This document shows, piece after piece, positions 21,535 through 32,069 of a stretch of 64,000 bases of DNA. Positions within the stretch are counted from its first letter, which is position 1. Every line of letters begins with the position of its first letter. The notes below the pieces were generated by a model. The model searched no databases. It was given only the letters and a program-made list of their open reading frames with translations, and had not been told where the DNA came from. Position numbers and translations under genes: made by a program. Source of the stretch: an uncultured Oscillospiraceae bacterium (lineage in GTDB: Bacteria; Bacillota; Clostridia; Oscillospirales; Oscillospiraceae); NCBI GenBank assembly GCA_944387055.1, contig CALXDL010000011.1:1696-65695 (forward strand), written 5' to 3'.

Positions 21535-22881
21535 TTGCTTTTCTGGAAACATAAGCGCATCATGCCGGCCCAGATCATCTTGATCGGCTTCGCGCTTTTG
21601 ATCTTATTGGGGACGGGGCTGCTGATGCTGCCCTTCGCCACCCGCGGACCGGGGAACGCCTCTTTCTTGGAGGCACTCTTCACTGCTACGTCCGCCACCT
21701 GCGTGACAGGCCTGGTAGTGCAGGACACGGGATCATACTGGACGACTTTCGGCCAATTCGTGATCATGATGCTGATCCAAGTGGGCGGCATGGGCGTGGT
21801 GACTGCGGCGGTCGCCATCACGATGTTCTCGGGCAAGAAGATCGGGCTCAAGCAGCGCTGGGTCATGCAGGAGTCCATCTCGGCCCATCAGATGGGCGGG
21901 ATCGTCCGGATGACAGGCTTCATCCTGCGGACCGTGTTTTTGATAGAGGGGCTGGGCGCGGTGATGCTGGCTTTGCGGTTCTGTCCGCAGGTGGGTCTCC
22001 TGCGTGGACTCTGGTATGCAGTGTTCCACGCGGTCTCGTCCTTTTGCAATGCAGGATTCGATCTGCTGGGTACGGAGGAAGCGCCTTTCGTCTCTCTGAC
22101 GGGATACACGGGCGACCCTGTGGTGAACCTTGCGGTCATGCTGCTGATCGTCTTAGGCGGCATCGGGTTCCTCACATGGCAGGATATCGTGGAACACCGC
22201 TGGCATCTGCGCAGCTACCGCCTCCAGAGCAAGCTGATCCTGACGGTGACGGCACTGCTCCTGGTGCTGCCAGCCGTGTTTTTCTACTGCTACGAGTTCC
22301 AGCTGCCGCAATGGCAGGGGCTCTCTGCGAGCGAGCGGGGCTGGGCGGCAGCGTTCCAGTCCGTCACGCCCCGTACCGCCGGATACAATACCGTGGACCT
22401 GACACAGCTCAGCGGCCCCAGCCAGATGCTCATCACGCTGCTGATGCTGATCGGTGGTTCGCCAGGCTCCACTGCTGGCGGATTCAAGACTACTACACTG
22501 GCAGTGTTCTTCTTGGCGGCCGGTGCGGTGTTCCGCAAGCGGAGCAGCATCCAGTGCTTTGGCCGGCGCTTGCGAGAAGAGGTGCTGCACAGCGCTGTGG
22601 CCATCGGCTTCCTGTACATCATGATGACGATCTTCGGCGGAATGTTCCTGAGCTGTATGGATGGAGTGGCCCTCTCGGATGCCCTGTTCGAGACGGCTTC
22701 TGCCATCGGGACCGTAGGGCTCTCCATGGGCATCACCGCTGATCTGAGCGCACCTTCCCAATTGCTGCTGGTGTTCCTTATGTACTTTGGGCGCGTGGGC
22801 GGCCTGACCTTGGTCTATGCGGTCATGCCCAGCACGTCTACGCCTGCGCAGCTCCCGCAGGAACTCATCACTGTAGGATAG
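21535..22881 (+). CDS. ktrB: Ktr/Trk K+ uptake membrane subunit (KtrB/TrkH family)
   Basis: Pore loops SATCVTGL, FCNAGF, PRTAGY, GTVGLS. Confidence 0.92.
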   Translation: MLFWKHKRIMPAQIILIGFALLILLGTGLLMLPFATRGPGNASFLEALFTATSATCVTGLVVQDTGSYWTTFGQFVIMMLIQVGGMGVVTAAVAITMFSGKKIGLKQRWVMQESISAHQMGGIVRMTGFILRTVFLIEGLGAVMLALRFCPQVGLLRGLWYAVFHAVSSFCNAGFDLLGTEEAPFVSLTGYTGDPVVNLAVMLLIVLGGIGFLTWQDIVEHRWHLRSYRLQSKLILTVTALLLVLPAVFFYCYEFQLPQWQGLSASERGWAAAFQSVTPRTAGYNTVDLTQLSGPSQMLITLLMLIGGSPGSTAGGFKTTTLAVFFLAAGAVFRKRSSIQCFGRRLREEVLHSAVAIGFLYIMMTIFGGMFLSCMDGVALSDALFETASAIGTVGLSMGITADLSAPSQLLLVFLMYFGRVGGLTLVYAVMPSTSTPAQLPQELITVG

Positions 22882-22896
22882 AAAGGATAGGATATC

Positions 22897-23565
22897 ATGG
22901 CTACCAAATCTGTACTGCTCATCGGCCTTGGGCGTTTTGGCCGGCATATGGCTCAAAAGCTGTTGGACCTGCACCATGAGGTGCTGGCCATCGATAAGGA
23001 TGAGGAGCGCGTGAACGATGCTCTGCCTTATGTCACCAATGCACAGATCGGTGACAGCACCAATGAGAAGTTCATCGCCTCTCTTGGCGTGCGGAACTTC
23101 GACCTGTGCGTGGTGGCGATCGGGGACGATTTCCAGAGCTCACTGGAGACCACGGCGCTCCTGAAGGACTATGGTGCGCCCTTCGTATTGGCCAGGGCCG
23201 CGCGGGACGTCCATATGAAGTTCCTCCTGCGCAACGGAGCGGACGATGTGATCTATCCGGAGCGGCAGATGGCCTCCTGGGCGGCGGTGCGGTACAGCGC
23301 AGATCATATCTTCGACTATGTGGAACTGACACCAGACCATGCCATCTACGAGATCTCCGTTCCGGAGGCATGGGTGGGCCGGAGCATCGTCCAGGTGAAC
23401 GTGCGTCAGAAATATAAGATCAATATCTTGGCCACGAAACGTGAGGGCCAGGTGACGCCCATCCCCGGTGCGGACCATGAGTTCCGAGCGGATGAGACGC
23501 TGTTCATATTGGGCGCTGACCGAGATGTCCAAAAGGTCTTGCATCTGTGCGAGATGCGGGGATGA
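22897..23565 (+). CDS. ktrA: Ktr/Trk K+ uptake RCK subunit (KtrA/TrkA family)
   Basis: IGLGRFG Rossmann motif, GADDVIYPE, C-terminal RCK_C domain. Confidence 0.92.
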   Translation: MATKSVLLIGLGRFGRHMAQKLLDLHHEVLAIDKDEERVNDALPYVTNAQIGDSTNEKFIASLGVRNFDLCVVAIGDDFQSSLETTALLKDYGAPFVLARAARDVHMKFLLRNGADDVIYPERQMASWAAVRYSADHIFDYVELTPDHAIYEISVPEAWVGRSIVQVNVRQKYKINILATKREGQVTPIPGADHEFRADETLFILGADRDVQKVLHLCEMRG

Positions 23566-23576
23566 CCGGATGATAA

Positions 23577-23616
23577 AGAGACCGGGCGCCGGCTCATGAG
23601 CCGGCGCCCGGTCTCT
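23577..23616. terminator. Perfect 40-bp palindrome between convergent ktrA and asnA (likely bidirectional terminator)
   Basis: AGAGACCGGGCGCCGGCTCA|TGAGCCGGCGCCCGGTCTCT. Confidence 0.7.
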
Positions 23617-23649
23617 CTCGTTTTGTCTGATCTGGGGATACGACCGCCC

Positions 23650-24657
23650 TCAAAGCAATGTGATGCCGGCCTTTTCGCAGGCCTCCACAGTCTCGTGGTC
23701 CCACAAGCTCACTTGGACCTCACCGATATGGCAGGTCCCGATCAGCAGCATGCACAGCCGGGACTGGCCGATGCCGCCGCCGATGGATTGGGGGAGGTCA
23801 CCGTTGAGCAGCATCTGGTGGAAGGGCAGCTTGCGGCGCTCGTTGCAGCCGGCCAGTTCCAACTGCCGGTCCAAAGCGGCGGCGTCTACCCGGATGCCCA
23901 TGGAAGAAAGCTCGAAGCTGCGTTCCAGCACAGGGTTCCACATGAGGATATCACCGTTGAGCTCCCAGTCATCATAATCCGGCGCCCGGCCGTCGTGCTT
24001 GGTACCGGATCTGAGGGTCTTGCCGATCTGCATCAGGAACACAGTGTGATGCTTGCGGCAGATCTCTGTCTCCCGTTCATTGGGCGTCAGATCCGGGAAG
24101 CGGTCCTCCAGTTCCTGGGTCGTGATGAAGTACACGTCTCGGTCAGGCCGGAAAGTCAGCACGGGGAAAGCGTTCCGCAGGGCCGCGGAAGTGTCGCAGA
24201 TAGCGCCCACGATGTCGCGGACCGTCTCTTTCAGATAGAGTAGCGTGCGGTTCTTCGGGTCGATGTGCTTTTCCCAGTCCCACTGATCCACATAGATGGA
24301 GTGGAGGTTGTCCACCACTTCGTCCCGCCGGATGGCGTTCATGTCGGTATAGAGACCGGTGCCCACTTTGAACTCATACCGTTTCAGGGCGAGACGCTTC
24401 CATTTGGCCAGGGAGTGGACCACCTGACCGTCGGTGCCGACATCGGGGATGTCGAACGTCACAGGACGCTCGACGCCATTGAGGTCGTCGTTCAGGCCGG
24501 TCTTACCGTCCACGAAGAGAGGAGCCGAGACCCGGTGCAGGTTCAAACGGACCGTCAGGCTGTGTTGGAACTCCCGGTGGATCAGCTCGATGGCCCGTTG
24601 GAGTTCATTGTTGGTCAGCGGCATCTTATAGCCGGCGGGGATCGTGAGATTGCTCAT
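23650..24657 (-). CDS. asnA: Aspartate-ammonia ligase
   Basis: VVHSLAKWKR, HSIYVDQWDWE, RAPDYDDW, IGGGIGQSR. Confidence 0.97.
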   Translation of the reverse strand: MSNLTIPAGYKMPLTNNELQRAIELIHREFQHSLTVRLNLHRVSAPLFVDGKTGLNDDLNGVERPVTFDIPDVGTDGQVVHSLAKWKRLALKRYEFKVGTGLYTDMNAIRRDEVVDNLHSIYVDQWDWEKHIDPKNRTLLYLKETVRDIVGAICDTSAALRNAFPVLTFRPDRDVYFITTQELEDRFPDLTPNERETEICRKHHTVFLMQIGKTLRSGTKHDGRAPDYDDWELNGDILMWNPVLERSFELSSMGIRVDAAALDRQLELAGCNERRKLPFHQMLLNGDLPQSIGGGIGQSRLCMLLIGTCHIGEVQVSLWDHETVEACEKAGITLL

Positions 24658-24700
24658 ATGATGACAAGATCCTTTCTTGAATGGAATATCGGGAGATCGT

Positions 24701-26197
24701 TCAAGCCCGGAGTTTCTCGAGGCCAAGGCCGAGGCGGCGGAGCGTTTCCTCACGACCTAAGATATGGCACAGCTCGACAGCACCGCCAGGTGTCACGAGC
24801 TTGCCGGCTACGGCGATCCGCACAGGCCACATGAGCGTGGCGTTCTTCACGCCCAGCTTTTCCGCAGTTCCCACCAGAGCATCATGGACAGACTCCTGGG
24901 TCCAGTCCGGAAGAGCTTCCAGGACCGGGATCACAGCTTCCAACATGGACTGGGAGATCTCAGCGTTGGTCTTAGACTTCTTGTTGGTGAAGGACGATAC
25001 GTCATAATCGGGGAGGCGGTCGAAGAAATCCACCTTCTCCGGGATATCCGTCAGCTTTTCACAGCGGGCCTGGAGCAGAGACGCGATGGCGGCGGTATCG
25101 AAGCGCGGGTCCTTCACGCTCTCGCGGATATAGGGCTCCGCCACCTGTGCGAAGGTCTCTGCAGGCAACGCGCGCAGGTAGGTGGCGTTGAAGTAGTCCA
25201 GTTTGGCCATATCGAAGATTGCAGGAGACCTGGAGATCCCCGCGATATCGAACACCTCCACCAATTCGTCCAGGGAGAAGATCTCCTGCTCGCTGTACGC
25301 GCCCTTGGGCGCCCAACCCAACAGCGCCACATAATTGAGGACCGCGGAAGTCAGATATCCCTGCGCGATCAAGTCCTCATAGGAGGGATCGCCATGGCGC
25401 TTGGACATCTTGTTGTGCTGATCGCGCATGACAGGAGAGCAGTGGACATAGGTGGGGATATCCCAGCCGAAAGCTTTGTAGAGCAGATCATACTTCGGGG
25501 CGGAGCTCAGATACTCGCTGCCGCGGACCACGTGGGTGATGCCCATCAGGTGGTCGTCCACCACGTTGGCGAAGTTATAGGTCGGCAGTCCGTCCCGCTT
25601 CAAGAGCACCTGATCGTCCAGTGTGGCATTCTCCACGGTGATGTCCCCAAAGGTCACATCGTGGAAGGTGGTCGTCCCCTCATGGGGGATCCGCTGGCGG
25701 ATGACGTATGGCTTCCCGGCAGCCAGGTTCGCCTGGACTTCCTCGGGCGGCAGATCACGGCAGGGATCATCCGCGCGGTCGAAGTCGCCGGAGTCTTCCT
25801 CAGACTCCGTTTTTTCACAGAAGCAGTAATAGGCCGCCCCTTTCTCTACCAGCAGATGCGCATACTTACGATAGAGCTCGCGGCGCTCGGACTGGATATA
25901 GGGCCCGACAGGACCGCCCACATCGGGCCCCTCGTCATGGTCGAGCCCGCACTCAGCCAGCGTGCGGTAGATGACGTCCGTGGCGCCCTCTACCAAGCGG
26001 CCCTGGTCGGTATCCTCGATGCGGAGGATGAAAGTGCCGTGCGCATGCCGCGCAATGAGCCAAGTATACAGAGCGGTGCGCAGGTTGCCCACATGCATAT
26101 AGCCCGTAGGAGAGGGAGCGAATCGGGTCCGGACCTTCCCCTTGGGGATGCGAGCCTCCATCTCCTCGAAAAATGTTTGATCGATCGCCATGAACAT
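24701..26197 (-). CDS. gltX: Glutamyl-tRNA synthetase
   Basis: RTRFAPSPTGYMHVGN (HIGH), LRIEDTD, KMSKR. Confidence 0.97.
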   Translation of the reverse strand: MFMAIDQTFFEEMEARIPKGKVRTRFAPSPTGYMHVGNLRTALYTWLIARHAHGTFILRIEDTDQGRLVEGATDVIYRTLAECGLDHDEGPDVGGPVGPYIQSERRELYRKYAHLLVEKGAAYYCFCEKTESEEDSGDFDRADDPCRDLPPEEVQANLAAGKPYVIRQRIPHEGTTTFHDVTFGDITVENATLDDQVLLKRDGLPTYNFANVVDDHLMGITHVVRGSEYLSSAPKYDLLYKAFGWDIPTYVHCSPVMRDQHNKMSKRHGDPSYEDLIAQGYLTSAVLNYVALLGWAPKGAYSEQEIFSLDELVEVFDIAGISRSPAIFDMAKLDYFNATYLRALPAETFAQVAEPYIRESVKDPRFDTAAIASLLQARCEKLTDIPEKVDFFDRLPDYDVSSFTNKKSKTNAEISQSMLEAVIPVLEALPDWTQESVHDALVGTAEKLGVKNATLMWPVRIAVAGKLVTPGGAVELCHILGREETLRRLGLGLEKLRA

Positions 26198-26588
26198 ACC
26201 TCCATGATGGGATCATTCCTGATATAACAAACTACATTATTACCGCTCCACCGGAGATTGTCAAGGCTGACGTTGTGGTTTTCATCCATTTTTGTTACGA
26301 TATGGCTGCGGATGGAGGGCGGCGGGCGGAGATATGACATCCAAACAGGAGATATCCCGACTGATGCTCCGGCATGTACCGGTGCTCTGGAGACAGAGGG
26401 CCTGCTGCCTCCCGAGGAGAGGCGCACGATCTGGCGGGACGGTGCTGCGCTCCATCGGCACTTGGCCTGCATAGGGACGATGGGTTTTGTCCATTGCACT
26501 TTCCAGATGCTTGTGATAAACTATACAAGTTAAATTGCGCTCTTTTGACTGAGCGCTTCCAATGAAGGGATTCGAGGTGTTCCAAACT

Positions 26589-27596
26589 ATGGAAAACGAG
26601 ATGCAGAAGAAGAGGATCCTCAGCGGCATCCAGCCATCTGGCGATCTGACGCTGGGCTCTTATTTGGGCGCGATCCGGAACTGGGCGGCCCTGGCTGACG
26701 AATATGACTGTTATTATATGCTGGCGGACATGCATACCATCACAGTCCGTCAAGTGCCTGCGGAGCTGCGGCGCCACACGCTGACACAGGTAGCCGCCTA
26801 TATCGCCAGCGGATTGGATCCGGAGAAGAATACGCTGTTCGTCCAGTCTCATGTGCCGGCCCATGCGCAGTTGGCCTGGGTGCTGGATTGCTATACGATG
26901 TTCGGCGAGCTTTCCCGGATGACGCAGTTCAAGGACAAATCCGCCAAAAACGCAGACAATATCAACGCAGGACTGTTCACCTATCCTGCGCTGATGGCTG
27001 CGGATATCTTGATCTATCAGGCGGATCTCGTGCCGGTTGGCGGCGACCAGAAGCAGCATGTGGAGCTGTGCCGAGACGTGGCCACTCGCTTCAATGGGAT
27101 CTATGGCGATGTGTTCAAGCTCCCGGAACCGTACATCCCCAAGGTGGGCGCCCGCGTGATGAGCTTGACTTCTCCAACGAGCAAGATGTCTAAGTCTGAC
27201 AAAGATCAGAACGGCTGTGTCTATATGTTGGAGCGGCCGGAGGATATCATGCGCAAGTTCAAAAAGGCCGTCACGGATTCCGAGGCCAGCGTCCATTACG
27301 ATCCCGAGTCCAAGCCGGGCGTGTCCAATCTGATGCAGATCTATTCCGTAGCAACGGGCCGCACCTTCGAGGAGATCGAACGGGAGTTCGCCGGACATGG
27401 ATACGGCGATTTCAAGGCCGCAGTGGGTGAGGCCGTGGTGGAGCTGCTGCGTCCCATCCGGGAGGAGACAGAGCGCCTCCTGGCGGATAAAGCGTATCTG
27501 GAAGGCGTCTATCGCGCCGGCGCGGAACGGGCTTCCCGCGTGGCGGACCGGACGGTGGCCAAGGTCTACAAAAAAGTGGGGTTCCTGCCCCGTTGA
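26589..27596 (+). CDS. trpS: Tryptophanyl-tRNA synthetase
   Basis: SGIQPSG, YPALMAADIL, VPVGGDQKQH, KMSKS. Confidence 0.97.
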   Translation: MENEMQKKRILSGIQPSGDLTLGSYLGAIRNWAALADEYDCYYMLADMHTITVRQVPAELRRHTLTQVAAYIASGLDPEKNTLFVQSHVPAHAQLAWVLDCYTMFGELSRMTQFKDKSAKNADNINAGLFTYPALMAADILIYQADLVPVGGDQKQHVELCRDVATRFNGIYGDVFKLPEPYIPKVGARVMSLTSPTSKMSKSDKDQNGCVYMLERPEDIMRKFKKAVTDSEASVHYDPESKPGVSNLMQIYSVATGRTFEEIEREFAGHGYGDFKAAVGEAVVELLRPIREETERLLADKAYLEGVYRAGAERASRVADRTVAKVYKKVGFLPR

Positions 27597-27608
27597 CGGA
27601 GGAGCGAC

Positions 27609-28826
27609 ATGGTATTCGAGAATCAGCTGATCGTCTATGTGATCCTGGCCTTGCTGGTGGCACTGGTGGTCAGCTTCCTGATGACGCCTGTGGTCAAGAC
27701 GTTCGCTTATAAAGTGGGCGCCATCGACGTGCCCAAGGACGCCCGCCGTATGCATAAGGTACCGATCCCCCGCCTGGGCGGCTTGGCCATCTTCAGCGGC
27801 TTCATGGTGAGCATCCTCCTGTTCGCGCACATCCGAGGGGATGTGCAGATGCAGAGCATCCTCTTGGGGGCAGTCATCATCGTGGTGCTGGGCGTGGTGG
27901 ACGATATCATGGCGCTGCCTGCCATGCTGAAATTCGTGGTGCAGATCGTGGCGGCGGCCATACCGGCCACACACGGAGTCACCATCCTGGCCTTTTCCAA
28001 TCCCAATATCTTCTCGGAGGACCTCTACTGGGTGCTGGGCGACCTGGCAGTGCCGGTCACTGTGCTCTGGGTCGTGGCCATCACCAATGCGGTGAACCTG
28101 ATCGACGGCCTGGACGGTCTGGCCAACGGCGTCTCTGCCATCTCGGCCACCACCATGCTGGTCATCGCTCTGGTGAGCGGCGCACCGGGGCAGGTGGCGA
28201 TCGTACTGGCGGCCCTGGTGGGGGCCTGCGTGGGATTCATGCCCTACAACATGAACCCGGCCAAGATGTTCATGGGAGACACTGGGGCGACGTTCTTGGG
28301 CTATATCCTGGCCACGATGTCGATCCAGGGGCTGTTCAAATATTACGCGGTCATCTCCTTCGTGGTACCGTTCCTCATCTTGGGCCTGCCGATCTTCGAT
28401 ACGGCGTTTGCCTTCATCCGCCGCATCGCCCACGGGCAGAGCCCTATGCATGCCGACCGCAGCCACATCCACCACCGGCTCATCGACATGGGCCTGAATC
28501 AGAAGCAGGCAGTGGCCACGCTGTATGTGATCTCTGCGATCTTGGGCCTGAGCGCGGTGGTCCTGACCACTGGAGGAGAACAGCGTGCGATGCTGTTTTT
28601 CGCGGCGCTGTGTATCGTGGCGGTGGTGGCCGCCCGCGTGGTGTTCCCCAAGGAAGTCAAAGAGGAGCTGCGGGAAGAGCTGAAAGAGGAGCTGGAGGGC
28701 TTGAAAGAGCACGGCGACCATAGCGGCGGTCGGCCGATTGCTGACACCGTGTCAGAGGCGCAGCACGAGGAGGACAACGGCCCCGACCAGCGGCCTGGGG
28801 CCTGGGAAGAAGAGGAGGATCAATGA
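27609..28826 (+). CDS. Undecaprenyl-phosphate GlcNAc-1-phosphate transferase (TagO/WecA family)
   Basis: PRLGGLAIF, NAVNLIDGLDGLA, FMGDTG, DRSHIHHRL. Confidence 0.93.
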   Translation: MVFENQLIVYVILALLVALVVSFLMTPVVKTFAYKVGAIDVPKDARRMHKVPIPRLGGLAIFSGFMVSILLFAHIRGDVQMQSILLGAVIIVVLGVVDDIMALPAMLKFVVQIVAAAIPATHGVTILAFSNPNIFSEDLYWVLGDLAVPVTVLWVVAITNAVNLIDGLDGLANGVSAISATTMLVIALVSGAPGQVAIVLAALVGACVGFMPYNMNPAKMFMGDTGATFLGYILATMSIQGLFKYYAVISFVVPFLILGLPIFDTAFAFIRRIAHGQSPMHADRSHIHHRLIDMGLNQKQAVATLYVISAILGLSAVVLTTGGEQRAMLFFAALCIVAVVAARVVFPKEVKEELREELKEELEGLKEHGDHSGGRPIADTVSEAQHEEDNGPDQRPGAWEEEEDQ

Positions 28827-29974
28827 TGGAGAAACTGCGGATCAGGAGCGTGTTCGGCACCCGGCCGGAGGCCATCAAGATGGCTCCGCTGGTAAAAGAG
28901 CTTTCCAGCAGGGCGGGGATACAAAGCCTGTGCTGCGTCACGGCCCAGCACCGGCAGATGCTCGACAGCGTGCTGGAGGTCTTCCATATCCAGCCGGATC
29001 GAGACTTGGACATCATGACCCCGCGGCAGACCCTCTCATCCATCACCAGCAGATGCCTGCTGGGGATGGACGCGGCCATCGAGGCGCTCAAGCCGGATAT
29101 GATCTTGGTCCATGGAGATACTTCGACCACTTTTGCAGGGGCGCTGTCGGCTTTTTATCACCAAGTGCCTGTGGGACATGTGGAGGCAGGTCTGCGAACA
29201 TATGACAAGTATTCTCCCTTTCCAGAGGAGATGAACCGTAAACTGGTCTCTGCCATCGCGGACCTGTACTTCTGCCCGACGGCCAATAACCGGGAGAATC
29301 TCTTGCGGGAGGGGATCTCCCAGGGCATCTTCGTCACGGGCAACACAGTGATCGACGCGCTGCACACGACGGTGCGGGAAGATCACCGCTTCTCCAATGA
29401 AAAGCTGGACCGTCTGCTCTATGGGGAGAAGAAGATCCTGCTGGTGACCTGCCACCGCCGTGAGAACTATGGAGAGCCGATGCGCAACATCATGCTGGCC
29501 CTGCGGCAGATTGCCGAGGAGGATCCGGACGTGGAGCTGGTCTATCCGGTGCACCTGAGCCCCGTGGTACGGGAAGCAGTGGACAAATACCTGCGGGGCG
29601 CGCCCCGAGTCCATCTGATCGATCCGCTGCCTGCTGATGATATGCATAACCTTATGGCACGCAGCTATCTCGTACTGACCGACTCCGGCGGGCTCCAGGA
29701 AGAGGCGCCCGCACTGGGCAAGCCCGTGCTGGTGATGCGCCGCGAGACAGAGCGGCCAGAGGCCGTAGCCGCAGGGACCGTGAAACTCTGCGGCGTGGTC
29801 CAAGACGATATCGTGACAATGGCACAGCGGCTGATCCATGACCGGCAGGCCTATGAGGAGATGGCGCATGCCGTGAACCCCTATGGTGACGGCCGGGCTT
29901 GCGTGCGCATCGCCGACGCCATCGAGTGGCATTTCGGCCTCCGGACAGAGCGCCCGGAGGAGTTTGGAGCCTGA
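28823..29974 (+). CDS. wecB: UDP-N-acetylglucosamine 2-epimerase (non-hydrolysing)
   Basis: FGTRPEAIKMAP, HVEAGLR, HRREN, TDSGGLQEEAP. Confidence 0.96.
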   Translation: MMEKLRIRSVFGTRPEAIKMAPLVKELSSRAGIQSLCCVTAQHRQMLDSVLEVFHIQPDRDLDIMTPRQTLSSITSRCLLGMDAAIEALKPDMILVHGDTSTTFAGALSAFYHQVPVGHVEAGLRTYDKYSPFPEEMNRKLVSAIADLYFCPTANNRENLLREGISQGIFVTGNTVIDALHTTVREDHRFSNEKLDRLLYGEKKILLVTCHRRENYGEPMRNIMLALRQIAEEDPDVELVYPVHLSPVVREAVDKYLRGAPRVHLIDPLPADDMHNLMARSYLVLTDSGGLQEEAPALGKPVLVMRRETERPEAVAAGTVKLCGVVQDDIVTMAQRLIHDRQAYEEMAHAVNPYGDGRACVRIADAIEWHFGLRTERPEEFGA

Positions 29975-30029
29975 CAGGGCATCATCGGTCCCATCGGAGC
30001 GGTGACAGCTGGCAGGGAGGAGAGCAGGC

Positions 30030-30782
30030 ATGGATAGACGGAGGATGAATTGGATCACTGCAGGCACCATCGTTTTGGTGGTGCTGGCTGTGGCGATGAC
30101 CTTGCTGGGCGGCCTGCACAGATCCACACGGCTCGTCCTGCCTGACGATACCGAGGCGGCGGATGGGACCGGTGACGCCTCCGCTCCGGGCGGGGATCTG
30201 ACAGTGGTGAAGGTGACGCCGGAGACCGTCCAGGCGGCCATCGCCACCCTGGAGCGGCCGGCACAGTACCGCCGCACCATTTGGATAGAACAGTTCTGGG
30301 ATGGCGGCAGCGGTTCTTACAGTGTCTCTGTGGCTGTAGGAGATGGCCGTACCCGCGTGGATCGGACACTGCCGGATGGCAGGGTCCGTCATGCCGTCAC
30401 CAACGGTGTGACCACCTATATCTGGTATGATGGATACAGCGAGGTATACAGCGGCCCGGCGGATACCGTCTCTGCAGACGACGAACAGGATATCCCCACT
30501 TATGAAGAAGTCCTGGCTCTGCCGGTGGAGGATATCACGGCTGCCGGGTATCAGATGATCTCCAACACGGAATGCATCTATGTAGAAGCGGAGGAGCGCG
30601 ACGGTTATTCCATGCGCTATTGGGTGAGCGTGGATACGGGACTGCTGGTGGCGGCAGAGAAACTCCTGGACGGAGAGACGGTCTATCGGATGGCCTCTCC
30701 GACTTTGGATGCCTCGTCCTCGTTCTCGTCGGATTTCACCTTGCCTGATGGGACGCTCGTGTCTCCGGTGGAGACGCCCTGA
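30030..30782 (+). CDS. Membrane-anchored extracytoplasmic hypothetical protein (possibly LolA-like fold)
   Basis: RBS GGAGGAG; N-terminal TM helix; beta-rich domain with YWVSVDTGLL. Confidence 0.7.
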   Translation: MDRRRMNWITAGTIVLVVLAVAMTLLGGLHRSTRLVLPDDTEAADGTGDASAPGGDLTVVKVTPETVQAAIATLERPAQYRRTIWIEQFWDGGSGSYSVSVAVGDGRTRVDRTLPDGRVRHAVTNGVTTYIWYDGYSEVYSGPADTVSADDEQDIPTYEEVLALPVEDITAAGYQMISNTECIYVEAEERDGYSMRYWVSVDTGLLVAAEKLLDGETVYRMASPTLDASSSFSSDFTLPDGTLVSPVETP

Positions 30783-30834
30783 AACGGCGCGCACGCCCCA
30801 TGGACGTCCCATGTGCTGCGCAGAGAGGATCACG

Positions 30835-30878
30835 AAGCCCCCGTACCGTTCCAAAGACGGTGCGGGGGCGTTCCTTTT
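30835..30878. terminator. Terminator hairpin between convergent genes
   Basis: GCCCCCGTACCGT...ACGGTGCGGGGGC followed by TTCCTTTT. Confidence 0.7.
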
Positions 30879-30935
30879 GTGATGCAGCATGACAAGCCGT
30901 ACCCCCGGCCAGGCGCCGCTGATCCGCCAAGGCCT

Positions 30936-31319
30936 CTACAGGATGAGGAGCAGTCCCAATGCGACGAGGAGCTCTTCGTCAGCGTCTTCGCGGAAGAGGA
31001 AGAACAGCAGCACCAGGAGCAGCAGGTCGCCTGTGTCCACATGATCCAGATGGAGCTGATCTAGGATATGCCGCAAGAAACCACTCAGTCCATCGCTGGA
31101 CCGGCCGCCTGGCGCGGAAGTGCGGTCAGGCCCGCCCATCTCCGGCCGTTCGTTCTGCGGAGGCGCCTGCCGCCGCTCCTGAGACTGCCGCCCATGATCG
31201 TGGGCCTGGCTTTGACCGCTGCCCGTGTTAGGAGACGTCTGCCGGCGGTCTTCCTGAGGACTTTCTTCCGGGATGCGGGTGTAGGTCCCGTTGTCGTTCC
31301 GGATATAGCGGTTATACAT
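30936..31319 (-). CDS. Hypothetical protein (low-complexity middle, hydrophobic C-terminus DTGDLLLLVLLFFL)
   Basis: RBS GGAGGG; third gene of a tight three-gene operon. Confidence 0.8.
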   Translation of the reverse strand: MYNRYIRNDNGTYTRIPEESPQEDRRQTSPNTGSGQSQAHDHGRQSQERRQAPPQNERPEMGGPDRTSAPGGRSSDGLSGFLRHILDQLHLDHVDTGDLLLLVLLFFLFREDADEELLVALGLLLIL

Positions 31320-31322
31320 CCA

Positions 31323-31745
31323 TCATCCCTCCCATCCGGCCAGGAATCTCTTGCCCAGATGGAAAAGCCGAGCCAATTGCAGCGCCCGTTCGACCTTCTC
31401 CTGACGTTCTGGCTTCAGATAGGGGCGCAGGGCATAGAGGAGCTGTCGGGCATTTGAGTCCTGCTGTCCGCCAAGCTCCTGGATCAGCGGCAGCAGCCGC
31501 ATCATCAGCTTCGGATCCACGCCTCCACCCAGCGCGGAGAGCAGATCGCCCCCGGCAGAGGGGGAAGACGGCCTCTGGCTGTTCCCTGATGGAGGCGACG
31601 GCGGCTGAGATACTTGCTGCTGGGTGCTGTCTGCCGGAGCACTCCCGTTCCCGTCACCTGAGAGCGATCGAGCCAGCTGCATGATCTGGGCCATGCTCTC
31701 CGGGTTGGACAGCAGAGCGTTGAGTTGATCGTCGAATTCAGACAT
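31323..31745 (-). CDS. Hypothetical protein
   Basis: LNALLSNPESMAQIMQLA...LLYALRPYLKPERQEKVERAL; RBS GGAGGGG. Confidence 0.8.
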   Translation of the reverse strand: MSEFDDQLNALLSNPESMAQIMQLARSLSGDGNGSAPADSTQQQVSQPPSPPSGNSQRPSSPSAGGDLLSALGGGVDPKLMMRLLPLIQELGGQQDSNARQLLYALRPYLKPERQEKVERALQLARLFHLGKRFLAGWEG

Positions 31746-31771
31746 GCTGTCCACCCCTCCGTTTCATCGAG

Positions 31772-32029
31772 TCACTTTTTGACCGCCCGCCCGATCCGTC
31801 CGATTAGTTCTGCACCGCCTGGACTGTGCATCACTTGTTCCACCATCTGCGTCAGCGCTGCCGGGTCCCCCTGGGCCGCTGACCGCGCCGCTCTCTGCAG
31901 AGCGGCACCCTGATCGTTCCGGGTCAACATCTGCATCAGTGCCTGCCCGTCTCTGGAGTCGATCAGGGACCGCAGGATCGTTGGATCATCTTTCAGCTGT
32001 GAGATGAGCTGTTTGGTCTTGTCGTCCAT
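31772..32029 (-). CDS. Hypothetical protein (85 aa, helical)
   Basis: RBS AAGGAGG; first gene of the operon. Confidence 0.8.
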   Translation of the reverse strand: MDDKTKQLISQLKDDPTILRSLIDSRDGQALMQMLTRNDQGAALQRAARSAAQGDPAALTQMVEQVMHSPGGAELIGRIGRAVKK

Positions 32030-32069
32030 GTTGCCCTCCTTATGATCTGTTCACTCGTTCTTCCAGACC

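Noticed and set aside
26200-26588. T-box leaders for trpS or gltX
   Set aside because: No GGTGGNACC T-box on either strand; candidate promoters lie close to the start codons
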